From Thermodesulfovibrio sp. (GTDB taxonomy: Bacteria > Nitrospirota > Thermodesulfovibrionia > UBA6902), in NCBI GenBank assembly GCA_026982355.1, contig JALSHG010000067.1, positions 1 through 59,765 on the forward strand: 59,765 bases of DNA, written 5' to 3'. Shown here one piece after another: positions 10,072 to 20,429 of this stretch (position 1 is its first letter; every line of letters starts with the position of its first letter). The position numbers and the translations under genes are program-made. Under the pieces are notes generated by a model. The model did no database searches. It saw only the letters and a program-made list of their open reading frames with translations, and was not told the origin of the DNA.

Positions 10072-11652
10072 ATGGAATCTTTTGAAAAGTTAGGTCTGTC
10101 CGAAAGGACATTGAAGGTTTTAAGGCAAAAGGGTTTTGAAGAGCCAACGCCGATTCAGGCAAAGACCATACCGGCCATCCTCGCCGGCGGAAAGGACATA
10201 ATCGGTCAAGCGCAGACCGGCACGGGCAAGACCGCGGCCTTCGGCCTGCCGGTCATTGAGCGCCTGCAGGCTAAGGCGGGACAAGTTCAGGCGCTTGTCC
10301 TTACCCCGACGAGGGAACTGGCCATCCAGGTGGCGGAGGAGATTAATTCATTGAAGGGGAAGAAGAAACTGAGCATTGTGCCGATCTACGGGGGACAGTC
10401 GGTAGACCTGCAACTGAGAAGCCTGAAAAAGGGGATAGATATTGTTGTGGGAACGCCCGGCAGGATACTTGACCACCTGAAACGCCGCACACTGACGCTT
10501 GACAGTATCTCCTACCTTGTCCTGGACGAGGCCGATGAAATGCTGAACATGGGTTTTCTTGAGGATGTCGGGGAAATCATGGAACAGACCGGACCCGGGA
10601 AGCGCACCATGCTGTTTTCCGCCACCATGCCGCGTGAAATAATGCGGATCGCCGGAAAGTATATGGGCGAATATGACGTGATGAAGGTGACCAAGGGGCA
10701 GCTTACGGTCAGCCTCACAGACCAGATTTACTTTGAAGTTGCTGCAGCGGATAAGTTCGAGGCCCTGTGCAGGATCATCGATATTGAGGAAAAATTCTAC
10801 GGACTTGTTTTTTGCAGGACCAAGGTAGACGCCGACACAATCGCCGGCCGCCTGGCGGAGCGCGGCTACGATGCAGGCGTCCTGCACGGAGACATGTCGC
10901 AGGGCCGGAGGGAAAATATCCTGGATAAATTCAAAAAGCGCCTGCTCAATATTCTTGTGGCGACGGATGTGGCCGCAAGGGGAATAGACGTCCGGGATCT
11001 GACGCATGTCATCAACTACACCCTTCCGCAGGATCCGGAGTCATATGTCCACAGGATCGGCCGCACCGGCCGGGCAGGCAAGGAGGGGATGGCGATAACC
11101 TTCATCACACCCGGGGAATACAGGAAGCTCCAGTTTATACGCAAAGAGGCAAAGACGGATATCCGCAGGGCGAAACTGCCAGGCGTAGCGGATGTCATTA
11201 AATCAAAAAAACTCAGGATCAAGGCCGAGCTTCGCGATATTGTAAAATCACCCCCGCGGAGGGAATACGTTGAGATGTCAAGGGAACTTCTGGAGAATAA
11301 CGAACCCGCCGGCATACTGGCCGCCCTCCTGCAATACTCCCTGCAGGATGAGCTGAGCGAGCAACGCTATGCCGAAATAGAAGAAGCGGCCGTCGATACC
11401 AAGGGCAAGACGCGGTTATTTGTGAAGCAGGGCAAACGCGACGGGCTTACACGCAGAAGGCTGGTGGATTTCATAAAGGTTAAAGCCGGGATACCAGGCG
11501 GGCGAATAAGGGATATTCGGATTCTCGATAAATTTTCCTTTGTAACTCTGCCGTTTCATGAAGCTGAAACACTGTTGTCCTGCCTGAAAAAACACAAAGG
11601 GGGGACAGGTCCGCCCATTACAAAGGCGAGGAAGGTCCGCGGGCCGGCCTGA
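10072..11652 (+). CDS. DEAD-box ATP-dependent RNA helicase (DeaD/CsdA-like, with DbpA-type C-terminal RNA-binding domain)
   Basis: Q-motif 'FEEPTPIQ', 'AQTGTGKT', 'DEADEM', 'SAT' and 'HRIGRTGRAG'. Confidence 0.88.
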   Translation: MESFEKLGLSERTLKVLRQKGFEEPTPIQAKTIPAILAGGKDIIGQAQTGTGKTAAFGLPVIERLQAKAGQVQALVLTPTRELAIQVAEEINSLKGKKKLSIVPIYGGQSVDLQLRSLKKGIDIVVGTPGRILDHLKRRTLTLDSISYLVLDEADEMLNMGFLEDVGEIMEQTGPGKRTMLFSATMPREIMRIAGKYMGEYDVMKVTKGQLTVSLTDQIYFEVAAADKFEALCRIIDIEEKFYGLVFCRTKVDADTIAGRLAERGYDAGVLHGDMSQGRRENILDKFKKRLLNILVATDVAARGIDVRDLTHVINYTLPQDPESYVHRIGRTGRAGKEGMAITFITPGEYRKLQFIRKEAKTDIRRAKLPGVADVIKSKKLRIKAELRDIVKSPPRREYVEMSRELLENNEPAGILAALLQYSLQDELSEQRYAEIEEAAVDTKGKTRLFVKQGKRDGLTRRRLVDFIKVKAGIPGGRIRDIRILDKFSFVTLPFHEAETLLSCLKKHKGGTGPPITKARKVRGPA

Positions 11653-11663
11653 TGTCGCGCAAA

Positions 11664-11703
11664 CCGGCAGGCTTCTCATGCGCGGCGTGCAACTGTAAGA
11701 TCA
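11664..11703. repeat. Palindromic intergenic repeat, partial/degenerate
   Basis: '...CGGCAGG...CATGCGCGGCGTGCAACTGTAAGATCA' resembles the right arm of the copy at 41211-41293. Confidence 0.4.
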
Positions 11704-11716
11704 ACGGGGCAATCTG

Positions 11717-13030
11717 TTACTCAACCGCCGGGGTTTCGCTGAGTTTCACATCCGAATCAAGGGGTATGGCCCTTCGGTTTCTTAATTCCTCGATCTTTCT
11801 CAGGGGCCTCTCCAGCATGTTGCTCCTTGTGGAAGTCAGCATGTCGTATTCTCTCTTGGCGGCATCCAGCCTTTCTCCCATGACCCTGAATTTATCCCTG
11901 TATGCCTTCCACTGCTTTGAAAATTCGCCGAGCAGCCTGAGTATCTCGGATGCCGTGCGCTCAAGATTGAAATTCTCTGTCGCCTGCCTTATGACGGCAA
12001 GAACCGCATAGAGTGTAAAGGGGGAGCACAGGACCACCTTTTGCTTCAGCGCCTCATCCATAATGCGCGTGTCCGCCTCATTTATAAAACCGTACACCTG
12101 CTCGTTCGGGATGAAGACGAGGACATAGTCCACCGTGTTGTCCGCAGGATTGATATAATCGCGGGTGGTGACCTGCTTTATCATCATCTTTGTGCTCCGG
12201 AGGAGCTCATCCCTGTAGCGTTTCCTGTCATGCTCGGACTGTGCGTTGAGATAGTGCACATAGTTGTCCAGCGGGAACTTCACATCCATGTTTATCTTCA
12301 GGTTGTTCGGCATGAAAAACGTATAATCAGGTCTTCCCGATGAGCCGTCCAGTGTCTTCTGCCTGATGTAATTGACGCCCTCCACCATTCCGGCCAGCTT
12401 TATGATGTCCTCCGCCATACGCTCGCCCCATTCACCCCTCTTCTTCGAGCTGGCAAGCGCCCGGGTCAGGTGCTCGGTTGTATGCTGGAGCCTCGATGTA
12501 ATCTTTTCGTGGTTCTCCACAAGGGCGGAGACCTTCAGCGCCCCCCTGCTTACATCTTCAACCCTCTGCCTGACATCAGCGAGGGTCCTGTCCATCTCCT
12601 TGAGGCTCATGTCGATGAGTTCCTTTTTCCCCTCGAGCTCCTTCAGGCCCTCAACGGTCTGGGACTTGAGCCTCTCTTCGGCCAGCTTCAGGAATTCGTC
12701 GGAGTTTTTTGAGAGCGCCTTCAGGGAAAGGGTATCGAATTTGGCCAGCAGCTCTTTCTCTATTGTCTGGAGGTTTTTCTCGGTCTCATGGTACCTTGCC
12801 TCAACCGCGGCCCGTATCCCCGACTCGTTCTTGAGGTCGTTCTGAACCTCTGCGAGTTCCTGTTTCATGCGCTCGAGCTGCTGCCGGAGCTCGCTGTTTA
12901 CGGCCTCGGCGCTCCGGGCCTTTCCTTCACAGAGGGAGGTTTTCCTTGACAGAACAATGTAGGTGACAAGCGATGACAGGACACCGCCGATTAAAAGCCC
13001 CGAGATAAGAAATCCTATATCTGTCGGCAT
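11717..13030 (-). CDS. rmuC: DNA recombination protein RmuC
   Basis: N-terminal TM, long coiled coil, and a C-terminal RmuC nuclease-like region ('PDYTFFMPN...INMDVKFPL', 'VLVFIPNEQ'). Start set at the ATG at 13030, 2 nt after the sixA stop. Confidence 0.85.
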   Translation of the reverse strand: MPTDIGFLISGLLIGGVLSSLVTYIVLSRKTSLCEGKARSAEAVNSELRQQLERMKQELAEVQNDLKNESGIRAAVEARYHETEKNLQTIEKELLAKFDTLSLKALSKNSDEFLKLAEERLKSQTVEGLKELEGKKELIDMSLKEMDRTLADVRQRVEDVSRGALKVSALVENHEKITSRLQHTTEHLTRALASSKKRGEWGERMAEDIIKLAGMVEGVNYIRQKTLDGSSGRPDYTFFMPNNLKINMDVKFPLDNYVHYLNAQSEHDRKRYRDELLRSTKMMIKQVTTRDYINPADNTVDYVLVFIPNEQVYGFINEADTRIMDEALKQKVVLCSPFTLYAVLAVIRQATENFNLERTASEILRLLGEFSKQWKAYRDKFRVMGERLDAAKREYDMLTSTRSNMLERPLRKIEELRNRRAIPLDSDVKLSETPAVE

Positions 13031-13032
13031 GG

Positions 13033-13497
13033 TTACCTGATCATCCCCGGCTTGATGATCCACTCCACGGCCCAGCCGCCGGCCCCGGAACTCTTCATGC
13101 AGACTATGCAGCCCCTCTCAAAGTTCACCGTGCCTTTTTCCCTGCCGCCGCACAGGAGCAGGGACGACAGGCCGGCCATATGCGGCAGATGCCCCACCAG
13201 CATTATGTCCTCACGGATTGCCGTAATGCGCTCAAACCATATGCCCGGATCGTCCATGGGCAACAGCCCCTCTGATTCGGATATGTCCGTCTCCACGTTT
13301 ATATGATCCGCCAGCACCTGCGCTGTCTGCAGTGCCCGCATCTTGCCGCTGTGAAATATACGGTGCACCCTTATATTCAGTTTTGCCGCAAAGGCGGCAA
13401 CCTTCTTTATATCCTGAATTCCTTTTTCAGAGAGGCTCTGTGTGGGGTCTTCTTCCTTGCTCATTGACTCTGCATGCTGCACAAGATAAAGATTCAT
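13033..13497 (-). CDS. sixA: Histidine phosphatase family protein (SixA-like phosphohistidine phosphatase)
   Basis: 'MNLYLVQHAES' with the RHG-type motif variant, and 'LVGHLPHM'. The ATG at 13497 is preceded by AAGGAGG at 8 nt. Confidence 0.7.
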   Translation of the reverse strand: MNLYLVQHAESMSKEEDPTQSLSEKGIQDIKKVAAFAAKLNIRVHRIFHSGKMRALQTAQVLADHINVETDISESEGLLPMDDPGIWFERITAIREDIMLVGHLPHMAGLSSLLLCGGREKGTVNFERGCIVCMKSSGAGGWAVEWIIKPGMIR

Positions 13498-13520
13498 CTT
13501 TCTTACCTCCTTCATGTAGG

Positions 13521-15503
13521 CTATACATTCCTATTATACCCCTTATCCGCACTGTTCGGCTCATCACCTCCCCGCCTGCCGTCGAAAAACCTCCGCACAT
13601 CTTCAACGCTGTGCACGATCTCCATCTCGGGCAGCGAAGAGATGACGGTCCCGCCGTACGAGCTGGTCACAAGCCGTGTATCAAGTACGGCGACCACACC
13701 GTAGTCGTCCACACCCCTGATGAGCCTGCCGAAGCCCTGCTTCAACTGGAGTATGGCGGACGGCAGCGCAAGGCCGGCGAACCAGCGGTTGCCCAGCCTC
13801 CTGCATCTCTCGTCATACACAGGGTCGCCGGGAGAGCCGAAAGGCATCTTTACAATAATCACCATGCTCAGGTCCTCGCCCTTTATGTCAACCCCCTGCC
13901 AGAAGGTGGCGGTTGCAAGGAGGACCGAGCCCGGCGTTTCCTTGAACCACCGGATCAGCCCTGCCGGGGGCATCTCGCCCTGTGATCTGAACGGGTAGTC
14001 TATGTTAATATGCCGTGATGCAAAATTCAAATGCCTGTACGATGTGAAAAGCACCAGTGCCCTGCCGCGGGAGGCGGCGAGGAGCCTTTCAATGACCCTT
14101 AGCCCCCTGTGCAGGAATGCATCTTCATTGTCTTTGACCGGGGGCGGCAGTTCCTTTTCAAGATAAAGCAGGGCCTGCCTCCTGAAATCAAACGGCGAAC
14201 CGGCCACCATCTCCCTGAAGGGAAGTCCGCGCTCTCCGCTCCCCGGTTCACCTGCCCCCGCCCTCCTCCTCCCGTTATCCGCAATACCGAGCCTCTGTTT
14301 CAGGAAGTCGAAGCTCCCTGCCGCCGTCAGTGTCGCAGACGTCATGACAACGCTGTCGTAGGCCGCGGCGAGATCCGCAAACGCCCTGCGCGCCTCCACG
14401 AGGCTGCTCCTGAGCTCAAGCCGGTTGTCGTTTACGGACAGATAATAAACCTTGTCATTATCGCCCTGTTCCATGAAATCCTCAATAACACCATCAAGAG
14501 ACCTTGCATAGGCAGCGGTGGTTTCAGCCTTGTCCCTGAACCCGCTGTCCGGAGACGGTTCCCGGGAGGCATTCAGCCTGCGGACAATCCTGTCAAGCGC
14601 CAGTTGCCTCCTGAGGTCCGCGAGGCCTTCCCTGATGTCATCCGGTATGGACGGGAAAATCCCCGGCCGCAGGTCCTTCCTTTTGAAAAACATGTCCACG
14701 GGCTCAAACAGATGGTCAACGGCTATCTTCATGCCCCTCAGGCGGTAGAGCAGCCACACCACCCGCGAATGGTTCAGGACGCTGCCGAGGACATGGGAGA
14801 TGACATTTTCGATCTGGTGCGCCTCATCTATTATCAGCTGGCCGTGAAACGGCAGGAGATTGAAATCCGAAAGCAGGTCAAATACAAGCAGGTGATGGTT
14901 GACCACGAGGATATCCTTTTTGCGCAGTTCCCTGTAATGCCTGTAGTAGAAACACCTGCTGTAATAGGGACAACGGGCAACCCCGCAGTCGTCCGGGTCA
15001 CCGCAGACCCTGTCCCAGAAATCAGGGATAAACGGCAGCTCATCCCTGTCGCCTGTCTCCGTGACGGACGCCCATTCGGCAAATCTCCTGTAGGGCTCCC
15101 CCAGCTCGACAAACTCCCTCTCGCGTTTCAGGCAGAGATAATTGTTCTTTCCCTTAAGGATGGCAAAGGAAAACCCGCGGGGGAGCGCCTCCTGCAGGAA
15201 GACCAGGTCCCGCTTCACGAGCTGGTCCTGAAGGGCAATGGACGCCGTCGATACAACGGTCTTTTCATTGGACAACACGGCGGGGATGAGATAGGCAAAG
15301 GATTTTCCGACCCCTGTCCCCGCCTCTGCAAGGAGCCTCTCTTTATTCCTCAGGCAGGCAAGCACCTCTGCGGCCATCGCGATCTGCTGAGGTCTCTTTT
15401 CATAGCCCGGAAATCTGTTTTTCAATATATTGAATATGTCGGTTAATTCGCTCATACATCCGGAACCTTCCAATCCGTTCACACGCTGAGGGTTATTCCG
15501 CAT
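13521..15503 (-). CDS. DinG/XPD-family Fe-S ATP-dependent DNA helicase
   Basis: 'AGTGVGKS' Walker A, 'IIDEAHQIEN' DEAH box, the 4-Cys cluster 'CGDPDDCGVARCPYYSRC', and C-terminal 'QGFGRLIR'. An alternative start lies at 15455. Confidence 0.8.
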   Translation of the reverse strand: MRNNPQRVNGLEGSGCMSELTDIFNILKNRFPGYEKRPQQIAMAAEVLACLRNKERLLAEAGTGVGKSFAYLIPAVLSNEKTVVSTASIALQDQLVKRDLVFLQEALPRGFSFAILKGKNNYLCLKREREFVELGEPYRRFAEWASVTETGDRDELPFIPDFWDRVCGDPDDCGVARCPYYSRCFYYRHYRELRKKDILVVNHHLLVFDLLSDFNLLPFHGQLIIDEAHQIENVISHVLGSVLNHSRVVWLLYRLRGMKIAVDHLFEPVDMFFKRKDLRPGIFPSIPDDIREGLADLRRQLALDRIVRRLNASREPSPDSGFRDKAETTAAYARSLDGVIEDFMEQGDNDKVYYLSVNDNRLELRSSLVEARRAFADLAAAYDSVVMTSATLTAAGSFDFLKQRLGIADNGRRRAGAGEPGSGERGLPFREMVAGSPFDFRRQALLYLEKELPPPVKDNEDAFLHRGLRVIERLLAASRGRALVLFTSYRHLNFASRHINIDYPFRSQGEMPPAGLIRWFKETPGSVLLATATFWQGVDIKGEDLSMVIIVKMPFGSPGDPVYDERCRRLGNRWFAGLALPSAILQLKQGFGRLIRGVDDYGVVAVLDTRLVTSSYGGTVISSLPEMEIVHSVEDVRRFFDGRRGGDEPNSADKGYNRNV

Positions 15504-18024
15504 TTTTCATATGTGCCGCATCTGAGAGCAGTTTGCCGAGGGATGAAAATATGTTCTGCAGAACCTCTGTTTCCGGAAGCGGTATCTTCAGATATGACTT
15601 GCCCGTGTCCGCATCCCTTCCGACCATTGCATTGAGATATTTCTCCGCATCATGCCCGGGCTGCGAAATGGTCCTGCCGAGATTCATCAGGAACCGCGCC
15701 CCGCTGACAAGCAGATTATTCAGCGGATCATCCGTCTTTCCATCGTCCTTCCCGGCGGTTGCGGGTTTCCCGGACCGTTCCGTAACAGCGGCGGCCTCTG
15801 AAGCCTGCTCCGCTTCCTCCTGCTCCCGCCTCCGGATTCCAGGGTCCGGCCTCTGCATGTCTTCGGTCATTGTCTCCACTGTCTTCATGAATCTCTTGAG
15901 CTGGGATTCGCCGAGCATAACCACATCTTCCCCGTCAAGGTCGAGCGCGCCTGCAAACAATGACCGTTTGAATTTCAGCAACCCGAGGATTTTTTCTTCA
16001 ATCGAATCCGAGGTGACAAAGTTGATTATGCGGACCTTCCTGCGCTGGCCGAGCCTGTGCACGCGTCCGATGCGCTGTTCAAGCACGGCAGGGTTCCACG
16101 GGATGTCCATATTGATCACAACCGATCCGCTCTGCAGGTTCAGGCCCACACCGCCTGCATCCGTGGACAGGAAGACCATGCACCCGGGGTCTTCCCTGAA
16201 CCGTGATATCAGACCCCTTCTCTGCCTTGAAGGGACGCTGCCGTTCAAATGGACATATCCGATGCCGTTTCTCTTGAGTATGTGCTCGGCAAGCTCCGCC
16301 ATCCTGAGCCACTGGGTGAAGATGACAACCTTTTCCCCGCTCTCAATCACCAGCTCTTTCAGCACCACCTCCAGTTCCTCGACCTTTGGGCCGTGAATGG
16401 TTTTCTTGTCCACAAGGTAGGTATTGTCGGCGGCCATCCGCATATAATTAAGGGCAATCTGCAGCCGCCGCTGATCCGCCTCGCACAGAAATTTGTAACG
16501 GCGCCACTTGGCGACTATCTTTACCACTATCTCATAATTTTCCTCGTGGATCACACCCTGCTCCGCGGTCATGGGGACAAAGAAGTTTTTATCCACCCGC
16601 TCCGGGAGCTGTTTCAGCACCTCGTCCTTCTTCCTGCGTATCAGGACATTCTTCAGTGAATCCCTCACTGATTGCAGGTTGCGGTAACCCACCACCTTGC
16701 CGCCGTCATCCGTAATCCTGTGGGAATGGACGAACCGGTACAGGGGCCCGAGATGCCGCCTGTCGATAAATTCCATGATGGAGTGCAATTCCTCGATCCT
16801 GTTCTCTATGGGGGTGCCTGTCAGCACGATGGCAAATGTTGATTCGAGTTGTTTGACGGACCGCGCTGTCCGGGTTTTCCAGTTCTTGATCCTCTGCGCC
16901 TCATCGAGTATGATCAGGTCGGGCGCCCACTCCCTTATCATGTCGATATCCCTGAAGACCAGTTCATAGTTGATCAGCTTGTAAAAGGAATCTTCCCGGT
17001 ATATCTCCTTCCTCCGGTGGTTCAGTCCCTCAACGACCTGAACCGTCCTGCCGGTAAATTTCTCTATCTCGGACTTCCACTGGTATTTCAGGGAGGTCGG
17101 CGAGACTATCAGCGCCTTTTCCATGTTGAACAGTTTCGCCATCAGCTCTGCCGCTGCAAGGGCCTGGACCGTCTTTCCCAGTCCCATGTCATCACCGATA
17201 AGGCAGCGCCCTGCATTGACTGCAAACAATGCCCCCTCTTTCTGGTAAGGGTAGAGCTTGGTCTTCAGAATGTTTTTGAAAACAGGGCTGTCGATACCCT
17301 TTTTGATACGGGTCCTGATGATTTTACGCCTGTATTCAGCATCCTGGTGCTCGGCGATATAGTCCATTACATCGTCGTAACACCGCACCTCATGTCCGTT
17401 GTCCCGCGGTATCCTGTTGATAAATTCGTGGAATTTGAGAATATGATCCTCTTTAAGCGTTCCTTCCGAATCAAAAAATTCATTCACAAGGGAAAGAAGC
17501 GTGTCCGGCGCATCCTGTCCAGCCTTGAACCTGACCTGCCTTTTCAGTCCGTAGCTTAAATAGACCTCCGAATACCGCGGGACAAAGCCCTCCCTGAAGG
17601 CCTTTTTCGCCCCCCGTTTCCTCATAAGCCTGGAAAGGGTGAACTCGATATGCTTGCAGGTACCGAGATTGTTGATGCTGTAATCAGGACATGAGCAGTA
17701 ATTGTCTCCGGGGTTGCTGCCGCGGATGGCTGTTTTATAGGTCTTGCCCGACTCCGGATTGGTGAGAAGGAATTCCGAGAAAATGGGATGGTCACCGGTG
17801 TTTTGGAGTTTAAATGCCTGTTGAACCCCGTACTGTCTCCTGAGAATACGCTGCCACTCCTCAAGACCGAGGCCCTCCGGCTTGCACGTTCTCGACACCC
17901 GCAATCTGATCGGCTTCGCTTTTTTGTTTTTTGAACTTTCCGGAACCCTTTTTTTGGCGGCTGGTTTTTTCTTCAGCGCGGTCTTCATTTCATCATCGCT
18001 CCCTTCTTCACCTTGCAGTGGCAT
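15493..18024 (-). CDS. SNF2-family helicase with N-terminal SWIM zinc finger
   Basis: SWIM 'CSCPDYSINNLGTCKHIEF', 'DDMGLGKT', 'LDEAQRIKN' and 'QRIGRVHRLGQ'. The first 12 codons lie inside a palindromic repeat, so the true start may be the ATG at 17988. Confidence 0.85.
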   Translation of the reverse strand: MPLQGEEGSDDEMKTALKKKPAAKKRVPESSKNKKAKPIRLRVSRTCKPEGLGLEEWQRILRRQYGVQQAFKLQNTGDHPIFSEFLLTNPESGKTYKTAIRGSNPGDNYCSCPDYSINNLGTCKHIEFTLSRLMRKRGAKKAFREGFVPRYSEVYLSYGLKRQVRFKAGQDAPDTLLSLVNEFFDSEGTLKEDHILKFHEFINRIPRDNGHEVRCYDDVMDYIAEHQDAEYRRKIIRTRIKKGIDSPVFKNILKTKLYPYQKEGALFAVNAGRCLIGDDMGLGKTVQALAAAELMAKLFNMEKALIVSPTSLKYQWKSEIEKFTGRTVQVVEGLNHRRKEIYREDSFYKLINYELVFRDIDMIREWAPDLIILDEAQRIKNWKTRTARSVKQLESTFAIVLTGTPIENRIEELHSIMEFIDRRHLGPLYRFVHSHRITDDGGKVVGYRNLQSVRDSLKNVLIRRKKDEVLKQLPERVDKNFFVPMTAEQGVIHEENYEIVVKIVAKWRRYKFLCEADQRRLQIALNYMRMAADNTYLVDKKTIHGPKVEELEVVLKELVIESGEKVVIFTQWLRMAELAEHILKRNGIGYVHLNGSVPSRQRRGLISRFREDPGCMVFLSTDAGGVGLNLQSGSVVINMDIPWNPAVLEQRIGRVHRLGQRRKVRIINFVTSDSIEEKILGLLKFKRSLFAGALDLDGEDVVMLGESQLKRFMKTVETMTEDMQRPDPGIRRREQEEAEQASEAAAVTERSGKPATAGKDDGKTDDPLNNLLVSGARFLMNLGRTISQPGHDAEKYLNAMVGRDADTGKSYLKIPLPETEVLQNIFSSLGKLLSDAAHMKNAE

Positions 18025-18098
18025 AAATACTGCCCCGGGGGCAGGGGGGCCGGCGGTTTTACGGCAATTTCACCTGCCCGTTTTGCAATATTAAGGTT
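18009..18098. repeat. Palindromic intergenic repeat, full length (~90 bp)
   Basis: 'CACCTTGCAGTGGCATAAATACTGCCCCGGGGGCAGGGGGGCCGGCGG...TTTTGCAATATTAAGGTT'. The left arm contains the annotated ATG of the SNF2 ORF. Confidence 0.75.
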
Positions 18099-18241
18099 AA
18101 CGGCTTTTTGATCTGACGAGTATGCTGGACACTTATCGTTCAATTGAACCAATTGAACAATAAGGGCCGGATTTTTGTCAAGGGGAAAATCAAGAAAAGC
18201 GGATTTTTGTTAGAATTAATGCAGCAGCAAGGAGACCGAGC

Positions 18242-19339
18242 ATGAAGAAAACTTCAAAGAAGAATGCACGCCTCACAAAAAAAGAAGGCCTGCGCCTGCT
18301 GAAGGATGCCGATCTGCTTGATCTCGGCATGAGGGCCGACAACTTCAGGAAAATGCTGCATCCCGGCGGCACGGTCAGCTTTATCATCGACCGTAATATC
18401 AATTACACGAACGTCTGCATCAATAAATGCAGGTTCTGCGCCTTCTACAGGGATGAAAACGACCCCGACGCATATGTTCTCACGAGGAGAAAACTCTTCA
18501 GCAAGATCAGGAAAACCATTGCACTGGGCGGCACGCAGATCCTCATCCAGGGCGGGCTGAATCCCGGCCTCGGCATTGATTATTACACGGACCTGCTCCG
18601 CTCGATCAAGGAAAGGTTCAGGATCCATGTGCACGGTTTCTCGCCCCCTGAGATCACTTACATAGCCGGCAGGGCCGGGTTTTCGGTCGGGAAGACCCTG
18701 CAGATCCTCATGGAAGCGGGGCTCGACTCGATTCCCGGAGGTGGGGCCGAGATCCTCTCCGACAGGGTCCGGAAAAGGGTCAGCCCTGAAAAGATCGGCG
18801 CTGAACAGTGGCTGAAGGTCATGCAGGAGGCTCACCGGCTCGGCATGAAGACAACGGCGACCATGATGTTCGGGAGCGTGGAGGGACCTGAGGATATCAT
18901 AGGTCACCTTGATGCAATCAGGAGGCTGCAGGACAGGACAGGCGGTTTCACGGCATTTATCCCGTGGACCTTTCAGCCGGGGAATACGGAACTGGGGGGG
19001 CGGAAGAAGTTAAAAGAAGCATCAGGCGGAAAAGCCGGCCCTGACCTGCATCCCGCAACCGGGGTCGAGTACCTCAGGGTGCTCGCCCTTTCAAGGCTAT
19101 ATCTCGACAATGTGCCGAACGTGCAGGCATCATGGGTTACGCAGGGCCTGAAAATGGCCCAGGTGGCGCTCAGGTTCGGGGCCAACGACTTCGGTTCAAC
19201 CATGATTGAAGAGAATGTGGTCGCCGCGGCAGGCGTAAAGCACAGGGTTTCCATTGATGATATAATAGGCGCCATAAGGGGATGCGGCTTTCAACCTGTT
19301 CAGAGGGACATGTACTATAACATTATAAAACGTTATTGA
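18242..19339 (+). CDS. Radical SAM enzyme of the futalosine menaquinone pathway (MqnC/MqnE type)
   Basis: 'DRNINYTNVCINKCRFCAFYR' CxxxCxxC region and overall CofH/MqnC-like layout. MqnC and MqnE cannot be told apart by eye. Confidence 0.8.
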   Translation: MKKTSKKNARLTKKEGLRLLKDADLLDLGMRADNFRKMLHPGGTVSFIIDRNINYTNVCINKCRFCAFYRDENDPDAYVLTRRKLFSKIRKTIALGGTQILIQGGLNPGLGIDYYTDLLRSIKERFRIHVHGFSPPEITYIAGRAGFSVGKTLQILMEAGLDSIPGGGAEILSDRVRKRVSPEKIGAEQWLKVMQEAHRLGMKTTATMMFGSVEGPEDIIGHLDAIRRLQDRTGGFTAFIPWTFQPGNTELGGRKKLKEASGGKAGPDLHPATGVEYLRVLALSRLYLDNVPNVQASWVTQGLKMAQVALRFGANDFGSTMIEENVVAAAGVKHRVSIDDIIGAIRGCGFQPVQRDMYYNIIKRY

Positions 19340-20238
19340 TCCCGGCTCTCCACTGCATCAAGATAACCTCTTTCACCCAGCGGCGGGGCCTTGGGGAAGA
19401 GCACCCTTCTGCTCTTGAGCGCCCCCGGCGCCCCCGGCATTGCTCCCCTTGTCTTATAAACGGGATTTTCCCCCGGTAAAGGCCCGGTGTCTTTTACGAT
19501 TAATGCGGCATCCGGAGGTATCTCATTTGCACTCGAGGCATGCGGTTCCGGGACAGGTGATTTCCCGCCTTTCAGGACCAGGACCGTGCTGCCGGATGAC
19601 ATTGAGGCCGTTGCTTTATTCCGTGCAGGGCGCCTGCCTGGAACATATTCCCTCTCAAACGCCTCTATAATCCTGTCAAGGCAGAATCTTGCGGCGTCGT
19701 CAGCGGTCTTGATGTACAGGGCGGTGATGTCACGCCCCCCTCTGTAGTGAAAAACCGCTTTCCATAATCGCCTGTTGCTTATATCCCTGAGGGTTACGGT
19801 CATCGTGCTGTCCTGCCATGAAAAAATGCCGCCGGGAGCAATACCGCTTTCAGCATATGCGCTGTTTCCGCCTGTCCATGCCGACTCATCACCTGTAAAC
19901 CAGTTATCCCCGTAAGCCATGTCGGCTGTAAACCCTGCTGAAGCGCCTCCGAATACCGTCCCGGATGCGCTTGTAAAGACAATATCAATAAAGCCGGTGT
20001 ACGGTCCGTTCCCTGAAACGGGCAGGTGCCTCCCGAATTCTGCATATGCAGTGTCATGGATGAGCTTATCCAGCGCAAGATTGCCGCTTCGCACCCTGAT
20101 CCCGAAAGACTGTTCCGCCCTGATGGCGGAAAGGTCTTCGGCCTGGCTGTGGATCCTGACGGTGGAGCAGCCTGTGCCTGAAGCCGCAAGGGCAATGAAC
20201 CATATACTAATAAACAATCTCAGGTGGCTCATGGTCAT
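19333..20238 (-). CDS. Hypothetical lipoprotein
   Basis: ORF 19333..20313. The internal start gives 'MTMSHLRLFISIWFIALAASGTGCS', a signal peptide plus lipobox. No recognisable domain. Confidence 0.5.
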   Translation of the reverse strand: MTMSHLRLFISIWFIALAASGTGCSTVRIHSQAEDLSAIRAEQSFGIRVRSGNLALDKLIHDTAYAEFGRHLPVSGNGPYTGFIDIVFTSASGTVFGGASAGFTADMAYGDNWFTGDESAWTGGNSAYAESGIAPGGIFSWQDSTMTVTLRDISNRRLWKAVFHYRGGRDITALYIKTADDAARFCLDRIIEAFEREYVPGRRPARNKATASMSSGSTVLVLKGGKSPVPEPHASSANEIPPDAALIVKDTGPLPGENPVYKTRGAMPGAPGALKSRRVLFPKAPPLGERGYLDAVESRDQ

Positions 20239-20378
20239 GTATGCCGTCGTGCCCCATTTTGAAAATCGTCTTTCCGGCCTGCCGGGAATCCGGGAAACAG
20301 ACAATCCGCACAATACGATAAGTATTATAACGGCATTGTATGCTGAAACCTGAACGTCGCTTTGTTTTTCTTGACATT

Positions 20379-20429
20379 AACCTTAATGTTGCACAAGCGG
20401 GCGGTGTTTTTATGCCACCGCAAGGTTGA
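20379..20429. repeat. Palindromic intergenic repeat, short form (arms only), inverted orientation
   Basis: 'AACCTTAATGTTGCACAAGCGGGCGGTGTTTTTATGCCACCGCAAGGTTGA'. Confidence 0.75.

Noticed and set aside
14109-15446. 445-aa ORF on the plus strand
   Set aside because: It lies entirely antisense to the DinG-like helicase gene, which has clear Walker A, DEAH and Fe-S motifs. The composition is Arg/Pro/Gly-rich, typical of shadow ORFs in GC-rich DNA, and no motifs are present.
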